Shown here in pieces: positions 37,330-52,500 of a DNA stretch of 64,000 nt. A model generated the notes under the pieces. That model was not told the origin of the DNA, searched no databases, and saw only the letters and a list, made by a program, of their open reading frames with translations. Within the stretch, counting starts at the first letter, position 1. Each line of letters opens with the position of its first letter. Made by a program: the position numbers and the translations under genes. This stretch comes from Eledone cirrhosa (Eukaryota): contig OZ024744.1 in the NCBI GenBank assembly GCA_964016885.1, positions 27,962,001-28,026,000 of the forward strand, given 5' to 3'.

Positions 37330-40300
37330 AACAACAGTGACAATAACAGTGATCACAGCGACAATAACAACAACAATGACAATACCAGTGATAACAGCGA
37401 CACGAACAACAACAACAGTGACAATAACAGTGATAACAGCGACAACAACAACAACAACAATGACAATAAGAGTGATAACAGCGACAACAACAACAACAAC
37501 AATGACAATAACAGTGATAACAGCGACAACCGCAGCAACAACAGTGACATTACAGTTATAACAGCGACAACAACAGTGACAATAACAGTGATAACAGCGA
37601 GAACAACAACAACAACAGTGACAATAACAGTGATAACAGCGAGAACAACAACAACAACAGCAGTGACAATAACAGTTATAACAGCGAAAATAACAACAAC
37701 AATGACAATAACAGTGATAACAGCGACAACACCAACAACAACATCAATAACAATAACAGTGATAAAAGCGACAGCAACAACAACAGTGACAATAACAGTG
37801 ATAACAGCGACAACAACAACAAGATTGACAATAACAGTGATTACAGCGACAACAAGAACAACAGTGACATTAACAGTTATAACAGCGACAATAATAACAA
37901 CAGTGACACTAAAAGTTATAACAGCGACAACAACAACTGATAATAACAGTGACAACAGCGACAACAACAACAACAATGACAATAATAGTTATAGCAGCGA
38001 CAACAACAACAACAACAGTGACAATAACAGTGATAACAGCGACAACAACAACAGTGACAATAACCATGATAACAACGACAACAACGACAACAACAGCGAC
38101 AATAACAGTGATGACAACGACGACACCAACAACAACAACACAACAACGGTGACAATAACAGCGACAACAACAACAAGAGCGACAATAACACTGATGACAA
38201 CGACAACAACAACAACAAAGACAACAGTGACAATAACATTGATAACAACAACAACAACGACAACAACAACAGTGACAATAACAGCGACAACAACAACACC
38301 AGTGACAATAACAGTGATAACAGCGACAACAACAACAACAGTGTCAATAACAGTGATAACAGCTACAACAACAACAACAACAACAGTGACAATAACAATT
38401 ATAACAGCGGCAACAACAACATCAGTGACAATAACAGTTATAACAGCGACAACAACAACAACAGTGACAATAACAGTGATAACAGAGAGAACAATAACAA
38501 CCACAGTGACAATAACAGTTAAAACAGTGACAACAACAACAATGACAATAACAGTGATAACAGCGACAACAACAACAACAATGACAATAACAGTTATAAC
38601 AGCGTCAACAACACCAATAACAATAACAGTTATAACAGCGACAACAACAACAACAGTGACAATAACAGTGATAACAGGGACAACAATGACAGTAACAGTT
38701 ATAACAGTGACAACAAAAACAACAACAATGACAATAACAGTGATAACAGCGACAACAACAACAATGACAATAACAGTGATAACAGCGACAACAACAACAG
38801 TGACAATAACAGTGATTAAAGCGACAGCAACAACAACAACAATGACAATAACAGTTATAACAGTGAGAACAACTACAAAAACAATAACTAATAACAGTTA
38901 TAACACCGACAGCAACAACAACAGTGACAATAACAGTGATAACAGTGACAACAACAACAACAAAGACAATAACAGTGATAACAGCGACAACAACAATAAC
39001 TGACAATAACAGTGATAACAGCGAAAACAACAACAGGGACAATAACAGTGATAACAGCGACAACAACAGTGACAATAACAGTGATAACAGCGAGAACAAC
39101 AACAACAACAGTGACAATAACAGTGATAACAGCGAGAACAACAACAACAACAACAGTGACCATAACAGCGATAACAGCGACAACAACAACACTGACAATA
39201 ACAGTGATAACAGCGACAACCGCAACAACAACAGTGACAATAACAGTGATCACAGCGACAATAACAACAACAATGACAATACCAGTGATAACAGCGACAC
39301 GAACAACAACAACAGTGACAATAACAGTGATAACAGCGACAACAACAACAACAACAATGACAATAAGAGTGATAACAGCGACAACAACAACAACAACAAT
39401 GACAATAACAGTGATAACAGCGACAACCGCAGCAACAACAGTGACATTACAGTTATAACAGCGACAACAACAGTGACAATAACAGTGATAACAGCGAGAA
39501 CAACAACAACAACAGTGACAATAACAGTGATAACAGCGAGAACAACAACAACAACAACAGTGACAATAACAGTTATAACAGCGAAAATAACAACAACAAT
39601 GACAATAACAGTGATAACAGCGACAACACCAACAACAACATCAATAACAATAACAGTGATAAAAGCGACAGCAACAACAACAGTGACAATAACAGTGATA
39701 ACAGCGACAACAACAACAACATTGACAATAACAGTGATAACAGCGACAACAAGAACAACAGTGACATTAACAGTTATAACAGCGACAATAATAACAACAG
39801 TGACACTAAAAGTTATAACAGCGACAACAACAACTGATAATAACAGTGACAACAGCGACAACAACAACAACAATGACAATAATAGTTATAGCAGCGACAA
39901 CAACAACAACAACAGTGACAATAACAGTGATAACAGCGACAACAACAACAGTGACAATAACCATGATGACAACGACAACAACGACAACAACAGCGACAAT
40001 AACAGTGATGACAACGACGACACCAACAACAACAACACAACAACGGTGACAATAACAGCGACAACAACAACAACAGCGACAATAACACTGATGACAACGA
40101 CAACAACAACAAAGACAACAGTGACAATAACATTGATAATAACAACAACAACGACAACAACAACAGTGACAATAACAGCGACAACAACAACACCAGTGAC
40201 AATAACAGTGATAACAGCGACAACAACAACAACAGTGTCAATAACAGTGATAACAGCTACAACAACAACAACAACAACAGTGACAATAACAATTATAACA

Positions 40301-43145
40301 GCGGCAACAACAACATCAGTGACAATAACAGTTATAACAGCGACAACAACAACAACAGTGACAATAACAGTGATAACAGCGAGAACAATAACAACCACAG
40401 TGACAATAACAGTTAAAACAGTGACAACAACAACAATGACAATAACAGTGATAACAGCGACAACAACAACAACAATGACAATAACAGTTATAACAGCGTC
40501 AACAACACCAATAACAATAACAGTTATAACAGCGACAACAACAACAACAGTGACAATAACAGTGACAACAACACCAACAGTTATAACAGCGACAACAACA
40601 AAAACAATAATGACAATAACAGTTATAACAGCGACAACAACAACAAGGACAATAATAGTTATAACAGCGAGAACAAAAACAACAGTAACTAATAACAGTT
40701 ATATCACCGACAGCAACAACAACAGTGAGAATAACAGTTATAACAGCGACAACAACAACAGACAAAAGAACAGTTATGACAGCGACAACAACAACATCAA
40801 CAATGACAATAACAGTGATGACAGCAACAACAACAACAACAGTGACAATAACATTTATAACAGTGACAACAACAACAGTGACAATAACAGTGATAACAGC
40901 GACAACAACAACAACAATGACAATAACTGTGATAACAGGGACAACAATGACAGTAACAGTTATAACAGTGACAACAAAAACAACAACAATGACAATAACA
41001 GTGATAACAGCGACAACAACAACAATGACAATAACAGTGATAACAGCGACAACAGCAACAGTGACAATAACAGTGATTAAAGCGACAGCAACAACAACAA
41101 CAATGACAATAACAGTTATAACAGTGAGAACAACTACAAAAACAATAACTAATAACAGTTATAACACCGACAGCAACAACAACAGTGACAATAACAGTGA
41201 TAACAGTGACAACAACAACAACAAAGACAATAACAGTGATAACAGCGACAACAACAATAACTGACAATAACAGTGATAACAGCGAAAACAACAACAGGGA
41301 CAATAACAGTGATAACAGCGACAACAACAGTGACAATAACAGTGATAACAGCGAGAACAACAACAACAACAGTGACAATAACAGTGATAACAGCGAGAAC
41401 AACAACAACAACAGCAGTGACAATAACAGTTATAACAGCGAAAATAACAACAACAATGACAATAACAGTGATAACAGCGACAACACCAACAACAACATCA
41501 ATAACAATAACAGTGATAAAAGCGACAGCAACAACAACAGTGACAATAACAGTGATAACAGCGACAACAACAACAACATTGACAATAACAGTGATAACAG
41601 CGACAAAAAGAACAACAGTGACATTAACAGTTATAACAGCGACAATAATAACAACAGTGACACTAAAAGTTATAACAGCGACAACAACAACTGATAATAA
41701 CAGTGACAACAGCGACAACAACAACAACAATGACAATAATAGTTATAGCAGCGACAACAACAACAACAACAGTGACAATAACAGTGATAACAGCGAGAAC
41801 AACAACAACAGTGACAATAACAGTGATAACAGCGACAACAACAACAGTGACAATAACCATGATAACAACGACAACAACGACAACAACAGCGACAATAACA
41901 GTGATGACAACGTCGACACCAACAACAACAACACAACAACGGTGACAATAACAGCGACAACAGCGACAATAACACTGATGACAACGACAACAACAACAAC
42001 AAAGACAACAGTGACAATAACATTGATAACAACAACAACAACGACAACAACAACAGTGACAATAACAGCGACAACAACAACACCAGTGACAATAACAGTG
42101 ATAACAGCGACAACAACAACAACAGTGTCAATAACAGTGATAACAGCTACAACAACAACAACAACAACAACAGTGACAATAACAATTATAACAGCGGCAA
42201 CAACAACATCAGTGACAATAACAGTTATAACAGCGACAACAACAACAACAGTGACAATAACAGTGATAACAGCGAGAACAATAACAACCACAGTGACAAT
42301 AACAGTTATAACAGTGACAACAACAACAATGACAATAACAGTGATAACAGCGACAACAACAACAACAATGACAATAACAGTTATAACAGCGACAACAACA
42401 AAAACAATAATGACAATAACAGTTATAACAGCGACAACAACAACAAGGACAATAATAGTTATAACAGCGAGAACAAAAACAACAGTAACTAATAACAGTT
42501 ATATCACCGACAGCAACAACAACAGTGAGAATAACAGTTATAACAGCGACAACAACAACAGTCAAAAGAACAGTTATGACAGCGACAACAACAACAACAA
42601 CAATGACAATAACAGTGATAACAGCAACAACAACAACAACAGTGACAATAACATTTATAACAGTGACAACAACAACAGTGACAATAACAGTGATAACAGC
42701 GACAACAACAACAACAATGACAATAACAGTGATAACAGGGACAACAATGACAGTAACAGTTATAACAGCGACAACAAAAACAACAACAATGACAATAACA
42801 GTGATAACAGCGACAACAACAACAATGACAATAACAGTGATAACAGCGACAACAACAACAGTGACAACAACAGTGATTACAGCGACAGCAACAACAACAA
42901 CAATGACAATAACAGTTATAACAGTGAGAACAACTACAAAAACAATAACTAATAACAGTTATAACACCGACAGCAACAACAACAGTGACAATAACAGTGA
43001 TAACAGTGACAACAACAACAACAAAGACAATAACAGTGATAACAGCGACAACAACAATATCTGACAATAACAGTGATAACAGCGAAAACAACAACAGGGA
43101 CAATAACAGTGATAACAGCGACAACAACAGTGACAATAACAGTTA
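37330..43145 (+). repeat. Right-arm higher-order repeat, about 3 tandem copies with a 1.8-1.9 kb period
   Basis: Offsets are 1897 (37353/39250, 37916/39813, 37949/39846), 1857 (39846/41703) and 1800 (lines 40621/42421, 40681/42481, 41101/42901, 41161/42961). Shared markers include gacactaaaagtt, aactgataat, aaccatgat and acaacggtgac. Confidence 0.87.
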
Positions 43146-46100
43146 TAACAGCGACAACAACAGTGAAAATAACAGTTATAACAGCGACAACAGCAGTGAC
43201 AATAACAGTGATAACAGCCAGAACAACAACAGCAACGATCACGATGACAGTGATAACAGCGACAACAACAACAACAGTGAGAATAACAGTTATAACAGCG
43301 ACAACAATGACAATAACAGTGATAACAGCGACAACAACAACAACCACAACAGTGACAATAACAGTGATAACAGCGACAACAACAACAGTGACAATAACAG
43401 TTATAACAGCGACAACAACAACAACAGTGACAATAACAGTGATAACAGCGACAACAAAAACAACAGTGACAATAACATTTATAACAGTGACAACAACAAC
43501 AACAGTGACAATAACAGTGATGACAGCGACAACAACAACAACAGTGACAATAACAGTGATAAGAGCGACAATAACAACAATGGCAATAACAGTGATAACA
43601 GCGAGAACAACAACAACAATAGTGACATTAACAGTTATAACAGCGACAACAACAACAACAACAGTGACCATAACAGTGATAACAGCGAGAACAACAACAA
43701 CAACAATGACAATAACAGTGATAACAGCGATAACAACAACAACAACAACAATGACAGTTGTAACAGCGACAACAACAACAACAGTGACAACAACAGTTAT
43801 AACAGCGACAACAACAGTGACAATAACAGTGATAACAGCGACAACAACAACAACAACAATGACAATAACAGCGAGAACAGCGACAACAACAACAACAACA
43901 GTGATAATAACAGTGATAACAGCGAGAACCACAAAAACAATGACATTAACAGTGATAACAGCGACAACCGCAACAACAGCAGTGAAAATAACAGTGATAA
44001 CAGCCAGAACAACAACAACGATCACGATGACAGTGATAACAGCGACAACAACAACAACAGTGAAAATAACAGTGATAACAGCGACAACAACAACAGTGAC
44101 AATTACATTGATAATAGCGAGAACAACAACAACAACAGTGACAATAACAGTGATAACAGCGAGAACAACAACAACAACAACAACAGTGACAATAACAGTT
44201 ATAACAGCGACAATAACAACAACAATGACAATAACAGTGATAACAGCGACAACAACAACAACAACATCAATGACAATAACAGTGATAAAAGCGACAACAA
44301 CATCAACAGTGACAATAACAGTGATAACAGCGACAACAACAACAACATTGACAATAACAGTGATAACAGCGACAGCAACAACAACATTGACAATAACAAT
44401 GATAACAGCGACAATAACAACAACAATGACAATACCAGTGATAACAGCGACACGAACAACAACAACAATGACAATAACAGTGATAACAGCGAGAACAACA
44501 ACAACAACAACAACAGTGACATTAACAGTTATAACAGCGACAGCAACAACAACAACAGTGACCATAACAGTGATAACAGCGAGAACAACAACAATGACAA
44601 TAACAGTGATAACAGCGAGAACAACAACAACAACAGTGACAATAACAGTGATAACAGCGACAACAACAACAATGACAATAACAGCGATAACAGCGACAAC
44701 AACAACAACAACAGTCACAATAACAGTGATAACAGCGATAACAACAACAACAACAACAACAGTGACCATAACAGTTATAACAGCGACAACAACAACAACA
44801 GCGACAACAACAACATAAACAATTACAATAACAGTGATAACAGTGACAACAACAACAACAGTGACAATAACAGCGATAACAGCGACAACAACAACAACAA
44901 TGACAATGACAGTGATAACAGCGACAACCGCAACAACAACAGTGACAATAACAGTGATAACAGCGACAACAGCAGTGACAATAACAGTGATAACAGCCAG
45001 AACAACAACAACGATCACGATGACAGTGATAACAGCGACAACAACAACAACAACAACAACAGTGACGTTACGGTTATAACAGCGACAATAACAGTGATAA
45101 CAGCGAGAACAACAACAACAACAGTGACAATAACAGTGATAACAGCGAGAACAACAACAACAACAGCAGTGACAATAACAGTTATAACAGCGAAAATAAC
45201 AACAACAATGACAATAACAGTGATAACAGCGACAACACCAACAACAACATCAATGACAATAACAGTGATAAAAGCGACAACAACAACAACAGTGACAATA
45301 ACAGTGATAACCGCGAGAACAACAACATTGACAATAACAGTTATAACAGCGACAACAACAGTGACAAGAACAGTTATAACAGCGACAACAGCAGTGATAA
45401 CAGCGAGAACAACAACAACAGTAACTAATAACAGTTATATCACCGACAGCAACAACAACAACAGTGACAATAACATTTATAACAGTGACAACAACAACAG
45501 TGACAATAACAGTGATAACAGCGACAACAACAGTGACGATAACAGTGAAAACAGCGAGAACAACAACAACAATGACAATAACAGTGATAACAGGGACAAC
45601 AATGACAGTAACAGTTATAACAGCGACAACAACAACAACAACAGGGACAATAACAGTGATAACAGCGACAACAACAACAACAGTGACAATAACAGTTATA
45701 ACAGCGACAACAACAGTGACAATAACAGTTATAACAGCGACAACAACAACAGCAGTGACAATAACAGTGATAACAGCGACAACAAAAACAACAGTGACAA
45801 TAACATTTATACCAGTGACAACAACAACAGTGACAATAACAGTGATAACAGCGACAACAACAACAACAGTGACAATAACAGTGATAACAGCGACAACAAC
45901 AACAACAGTGACAATAACAGTGATAACAACAACAACAACGACAACAACAACAACAGTGACAGTAACAGTGACAACAACAACACCAGTGACAATAACAGTG
46001 ATAACAGCGACAACAACAACAACAGTGTCAATAACAGTGATAACAGCTACAACAACAACAACAACAGCAGTGACAATAACAATTATAACAGCGGCAACAA

Positions 46101-46599
46101 CAACAGTGACAATAACAGTTATAACAGCGACAACAATAACAACAGTGACAATAACAGTGATAACAGCGAGAACAACAACAACCACAGTGACAATAACAGT
46201 TATAACAGTGACAACAACAACAACAATGACAATAACAGTGATAACAGCGCCAACAACAACAACAGTGACAATAACAGTTATAACAGGGACAACATCAACA
46301 ACAGTGACAATAACACTTATAACAGCGACAACAACAACAGTGACAATAGCAGTGATGACAGCGACAACAACAACAACAATGACAATAACAGTGATAACAG
46401 CGACAACAACAACAGTGATAATAACAGTGATTACAGCGACAGCAACAACAACAACAATGACAATAACAGTTATAACAATGACAACAACAATAACAGTGAC
46501 AATAACAGTGATAACAGCGAAAACAACAACAGTGACAATAACAGTGATAACAACGACAACAAAAACAACAGTGACAATAACAGTTATAACAGCGACAAC

Positions 46600-49500
46600 A
46601 ACAACAGTGACAATAACAGTGATAACAGCGACAAAAACAACAACAACAGTGACAATAAGCATGATAACAACGACAACAACAACAACAGCGACAATAACAT
46701 TGATGACAACGACGACAACAACAACAAAACAACAACAGTGACAATAACAGCGACAACAACAACACCACTGACAATAATAGTGATAACAGCGACAACAACA
46801 ACGACAGTGTCAATAAAAGTGATAACAGCTACAACAACAACAACAACAACAGTGACAATAACAATTATAACAGCAGCAACAACAGTGACAATAACAGTTA
46901 TAACAGCGACAACAATAACAGTGATAACAGCGAGAACAACAACAACCACAGTGACAATAACAGTTATAACAGTGACAACAACAACAATGACAATAACAGT
47001 GATAACAGCGACAACAACAACAACAATGACAATAACAGTTATAACAGCGACAACAACACCAATAACAACAACAGTTATAATAGCGACAACAACAACAACA
47101 GTGACAATAACAGTGATAACAGAGACAACAACAACAATGCCAATAACAGTTATAACAGCGACAACAACAACAGAACAATAAAAGTGATAACAGCGACAAC
47201 AACAACAACAGTGACAACAACAGTTATAACAGCGACAACAACAAAAACAACAATGACAATAACAGTTATAACAGCGACAACAACAACAAGGACAATAATA
47301 GTTATAACAGCGAGAACAACAACAACAGTAACTAATAACAGTTATATCACCGACAGCAACAACAACAACAACAGTGACAATAACAGTTATAACAGCGACA
47401 ACAACAGTGACAATAACAGTTATAACAGCGACAACAGCAGTGACAATAACAGTGATAACAGCCAGAACAACAACAACAACGATCACGATGACAGTGATAA
47501 CAGCGACAACAACAACAGTGAGAATAACAGTTATAACAGCGACAACAACAACAGTCAAAAGAACAGTTATGACAGCGACAACAACAACAACAACAGTGAC
47601 AATAACATTTATAACAGTGACAACAGCAACAGTGACAATAACAGTGATAACAGCGACAACAACAACAACAATGACAATAACAGTGATAACAGCGACAACA
47701 ACAACAACCACAGTGACAATAACAGTTATAACAGTGACAACAACAACAATGACAATAACAGTTATAACAGCGACAACAACACCAATAACAATAACAGTTA
47801 TAACTGCGACAACAACAACAACAGTGACAATAACAGTGATAACGGAGACAACAACAACAACAATGCCAATAACAGTTATAACAGCGACAACAACAACAGA
47901 ACAATAAAAGTGATAACAGCGACAACAACAACAAAACAACAACAGTGACAATAACAGTGACAACAACAACAACAGTGACAACAACAGTTATAACAGCGAC
48001 AACAACAAAAACAATACTGACAATAACAGTTATAATAGCGACGACAACAACAAGGACAATAATAGTTATAACTGCGAGAACAACAACAACAGTAACTAAT
48101 AACAGTTATATCACCGACAGCAACAACAACAACAGTGACAATAACAGTTATAACAGCGACAACAACAGTGACAAGAACAGTTATAACAGCGACAACAGCA
48201 GTGACAATAACAGTGATAACAGCCAGAACAACAACAACAACAACAACAGTGACAATAACATTTATAACAGTGACAACAACAACAGTGACAATAACAGTGA
48301 TAACAGCGACAACAACAGTGACGATAACAGTGAAAACAGCTAGAACAACAACAACAATGACAATAACAGTGATAACAGGGACAACAATGACAGTAACAGT
48401 TATAACAGCGACATCAAAAACAACAACAATGACAATAACAGTGATAACAGCGACAACAACAACAACAGTGACAATAACAGTGATAACAGCGACAACAACA
48501 ACAACAGTGACAATAACAGTTATAACAGGGACAACAACAACAACAGTTACAATAACAGTTATAACAGCGACAACAACAGTGACAATAACAGTTATAACAG
48601 CGACAACAACAACAGCAGTGACAATAACAGTGATAACAGTGACAACAACAACAACAATGACAATAACAGTGATAACAGGGACAACAACAACAACAGTGAC
48701 AATAACAGTTATAACAGGGACAACATCAACAACAGTGACAATAACACTTATAACAGCGACAACAACAACAGTGACAATAGCAGTGATGACAGCGACAACA
48801 ACAACAACAACAACAGTGACAATAATAGTGATAACAGCGAGAACAACAACAACAACAGTGACAATGAGCATGATAACAACGACAACAACAACAACAGCGA
48901 CAATAACAGTGATGACAACGACGACAACAACAACAAAACAACAACAGTGACAATAACAGCGACAACAACAACACCACTGACAATAATAGTGATAACATCT
49001 ACAACAACAACGACAGTGTCAATAAAAGTGATAACAGCTACAACAACAACAACAACAACAGTGACAATAACAATTATAACAGCAGCAACAACAGTGACAA
49101 TAACAGTTATAACAGCGAGAACAACAACAGTGACAATAACAGTGATAACAGCGAGAACAACAACAACCACAGTGACAATAACAGTTATAACAGTTACAAC
49201 AACAACAATGACAATAACAGTGATAACAGCGACAACAACAACAACAACAATGACAATAAGAGTTATAACAGCGAGAACAACAACAGAACAATAAAAGTGA
49301 TAACAGCGACAACAACAACAGTGACAACAACAGTTATAACAGCGACAACAACAAAAACAACAATGACAATAACAGTTATAACAGCGACAACAACAACAAG
49401 GACAATAATAGTTATAACAGCGAGAACAACAACAACAGTAACTAATAACAGTTATATCACCGACAGCAACAACAACAGTGACAATAACAGTTATAACAGC

Positions 49501-52500
49501 GACAACAACAGTGACAATAACAGTTATAACAGCGACAACAGCAGTGACAATAACAGTGATAACAGCCAGAACACCAACAACAACGATCACGATGACAGTG
49601 ATAACAGCGACAACAACAACAGTGAGAATAACAGTTATAACAGCGACAACAACAACAGTCAAAAGAACAGTTATGACAGCGACAACAACAACAACAACAG
49701 TGACAATAACATTTATAACAGTGACAACGGCAACAGTGACAATAACAGTGATAACAGCGACAACAACAACAACAATGACGATAACAGTGAAAACAGCGAC
49801 AACAACAATGACAATAACAGTGATAACAGCGACAACAATAACAACAACAGTGACAATAACATTTATAACAGTGACAACAACAACAGTGACAATAACAGTG
49901 ATAACAGCGACAACAACAACAGTGACGATAACAGTGAAAACAGCGACGACAACAACAACAACAATGACAATAACAGTTATAACAGCGACAACAATGACAA
50001 TAACAGTGATAACAGCGACAACAACAACAACAGTGACAATAACAGTGATAACAGCGACAACAACAACAACAGTGACAATAACAGTTATAACAGGGACAAC
50101 AACAACAACAACAGTGACAATAACAGTGATAACAGCGACAACAAAAACAACAGTGACAATAACATTTATAACAGTGACAACAACAACAACAGTGACAATA
50201 ACAGTGATAACAGCGACAACAACAACAACAGTGACAATAACAGTGATAACAGCGACAATAACAACAACAATGGCAATAACAGTGATAACAGCGAGAACAA
50301 CAACAACAACAGTGACATTAACAGTTATAACAGCGACAACAACAACAACAACAACAACAATGACAGTTGTAACAGCGACAACAACAACAACAGTGACAAT
50401 AACAGTTATAACAGCGACAACAACAGTGACAATAGCAGTGATAACAGCGACAACAACAACAACAACAACAATGACAATAACAGTGATAACAGCGACAACA
50501 ACAACGACAGTGTCAATATCAGTGATAACAGCTACAACAACAACAACAGTGAAAATAACGATTATAAAAGCAGCAACAACAACAACAGTGACAATAACAG
50601 TTATAACAGCGACAACAACAACAACAGTGACAATAACAGTGATAACAGCGTGAACAACAACAACCACAGTGACAATAACAATTATAACAGTGACAACAAC
50701 GACAATGACAATAACAGTGATAACAGCGACAACAACAACACCAGTGACAATAACAGTGATAACAGCGACAACAACAACAACAACAGTGTCAATAACAGTG
50801 ATAACAGCTACAACAACAACAACAGTGTCAATAATAATTATAACAGCGGCAACAACAACAGTGACAATAACAGTTATAACAGCGACAACAACAACAACAG
50901 TGACAATAACAGTGATAACAGTGAGAACAACAACAACCACAGTGACAATAACAGTTATAACAGCGACAACAACAACAAAAACAGTGACAATAACAGTGAT
51001 AACAGCGACAACAGCAGTGAAAATAACAGTGATAACAGCCAGAACAACAATAACGATCACGATGACAGTGATAACAGCGACAACAACAACAACAGTGACA
51101 ATAACAGTGATAACAGCGACAACAACAACAACAACAGTGACAATTACAGTGATAACAGCGAAAACAACAACAACAACAGTGACAATAACAGTGATAACAG
51201 CGACAACAACAACAACAGTGAAGATAACAGTGAAAACAGCGACAAGAACAACAATGACAATAACAGTGATAACAGGGACAACAATGACAGTAACAGTTAT
51301 AACAGCGACAACAAAAACAACAACAATGACAATAACAGTGGTAACAGCGACAACAACAACAACAACAACAACAACAGTGACAATAACAGTGATAACAGCG
51401 ACAACAACAACAACAGTGACAATAACAGTTATAACAGGGATAACAACAACTACAGTGACAATAACAGTTATAACAGCGACAACAACAACAGTGACAATAA
51501 CAGTTATAACAGCGAGAACAACAACAACAGTGACAATAACAGTGATAACAGCGACAACAAAAACAACAGTGACAATAACATTTATAAAGTGACAAAAACA
51601 ACAGTGACAATAACAGTGATAACAGCGACAACAACAACAACAGTGACAATAACAGTGATAACAGCGACAATAACAACAACAATGACAATAACAGTGATAA
51701 CAGCGAGAACAACAACAACAACAGTGACATTAACAGTTATAACAGCGACGACAACAACAACAACAGTGACCATAACAGTGATAACAGCGAGAACAACAAC
51801 ATCAACAATGACAATAACAGTGACAACAGCGACAACAACAACAACAACAATGACAATAATAGTTATAGCAGCGACAACAACAACAACAACAACAACAGTG
51901 ACAATAACAGTGATAACAGCGAGAACAACAACAACAGTGACAATAACAGTGATAACAGCGACAACAACAACAGTGACAATAACCATGATAACAACGACAA
52001 CAACGACAACAACAGCGACAATAACAGTGATGACAACGACGACACCAACAACAACAACAACAACAACAGCGACAATAACACTGATGACAACGACAACAAC
52101 AACAACAAAGACAACAGTGACAATAACGGTGATAACAACAACAACAACGACAACAACAGTGACAATAACAGCGACAACAACAACACCAGTGACAATAACA
52201 GTGATAACAGCGACAACAACAACAACAACAGTGTCAATAACAGTGATAACAGCTACAACAACAACAACAGTGACAATAACAATTATAAGAGCGGCAACAA
52301 CAACAGTGACAATAACAGTTATAACAGCGACAACAACAACAACAGTGACAATAACAGTAATAACAGCGAGAACAACAAAAACAACTACAGTGACAATAAC
52401 AGTTATAACAGTGAAACAACAACAACAATGACAATAACAGTGATAACAGCGACAACAACAACAAAAACAGTGACACTAACAGTGATAACGGCGACAACAA

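Noticed and set aside
33422-37561. ORFs reading through the junction on both strands (33422-37561 +, 32560-37356 -) as a fusion gene
   Set aside because: Open frames are abundant on both sides, so read-through is expected by chance.
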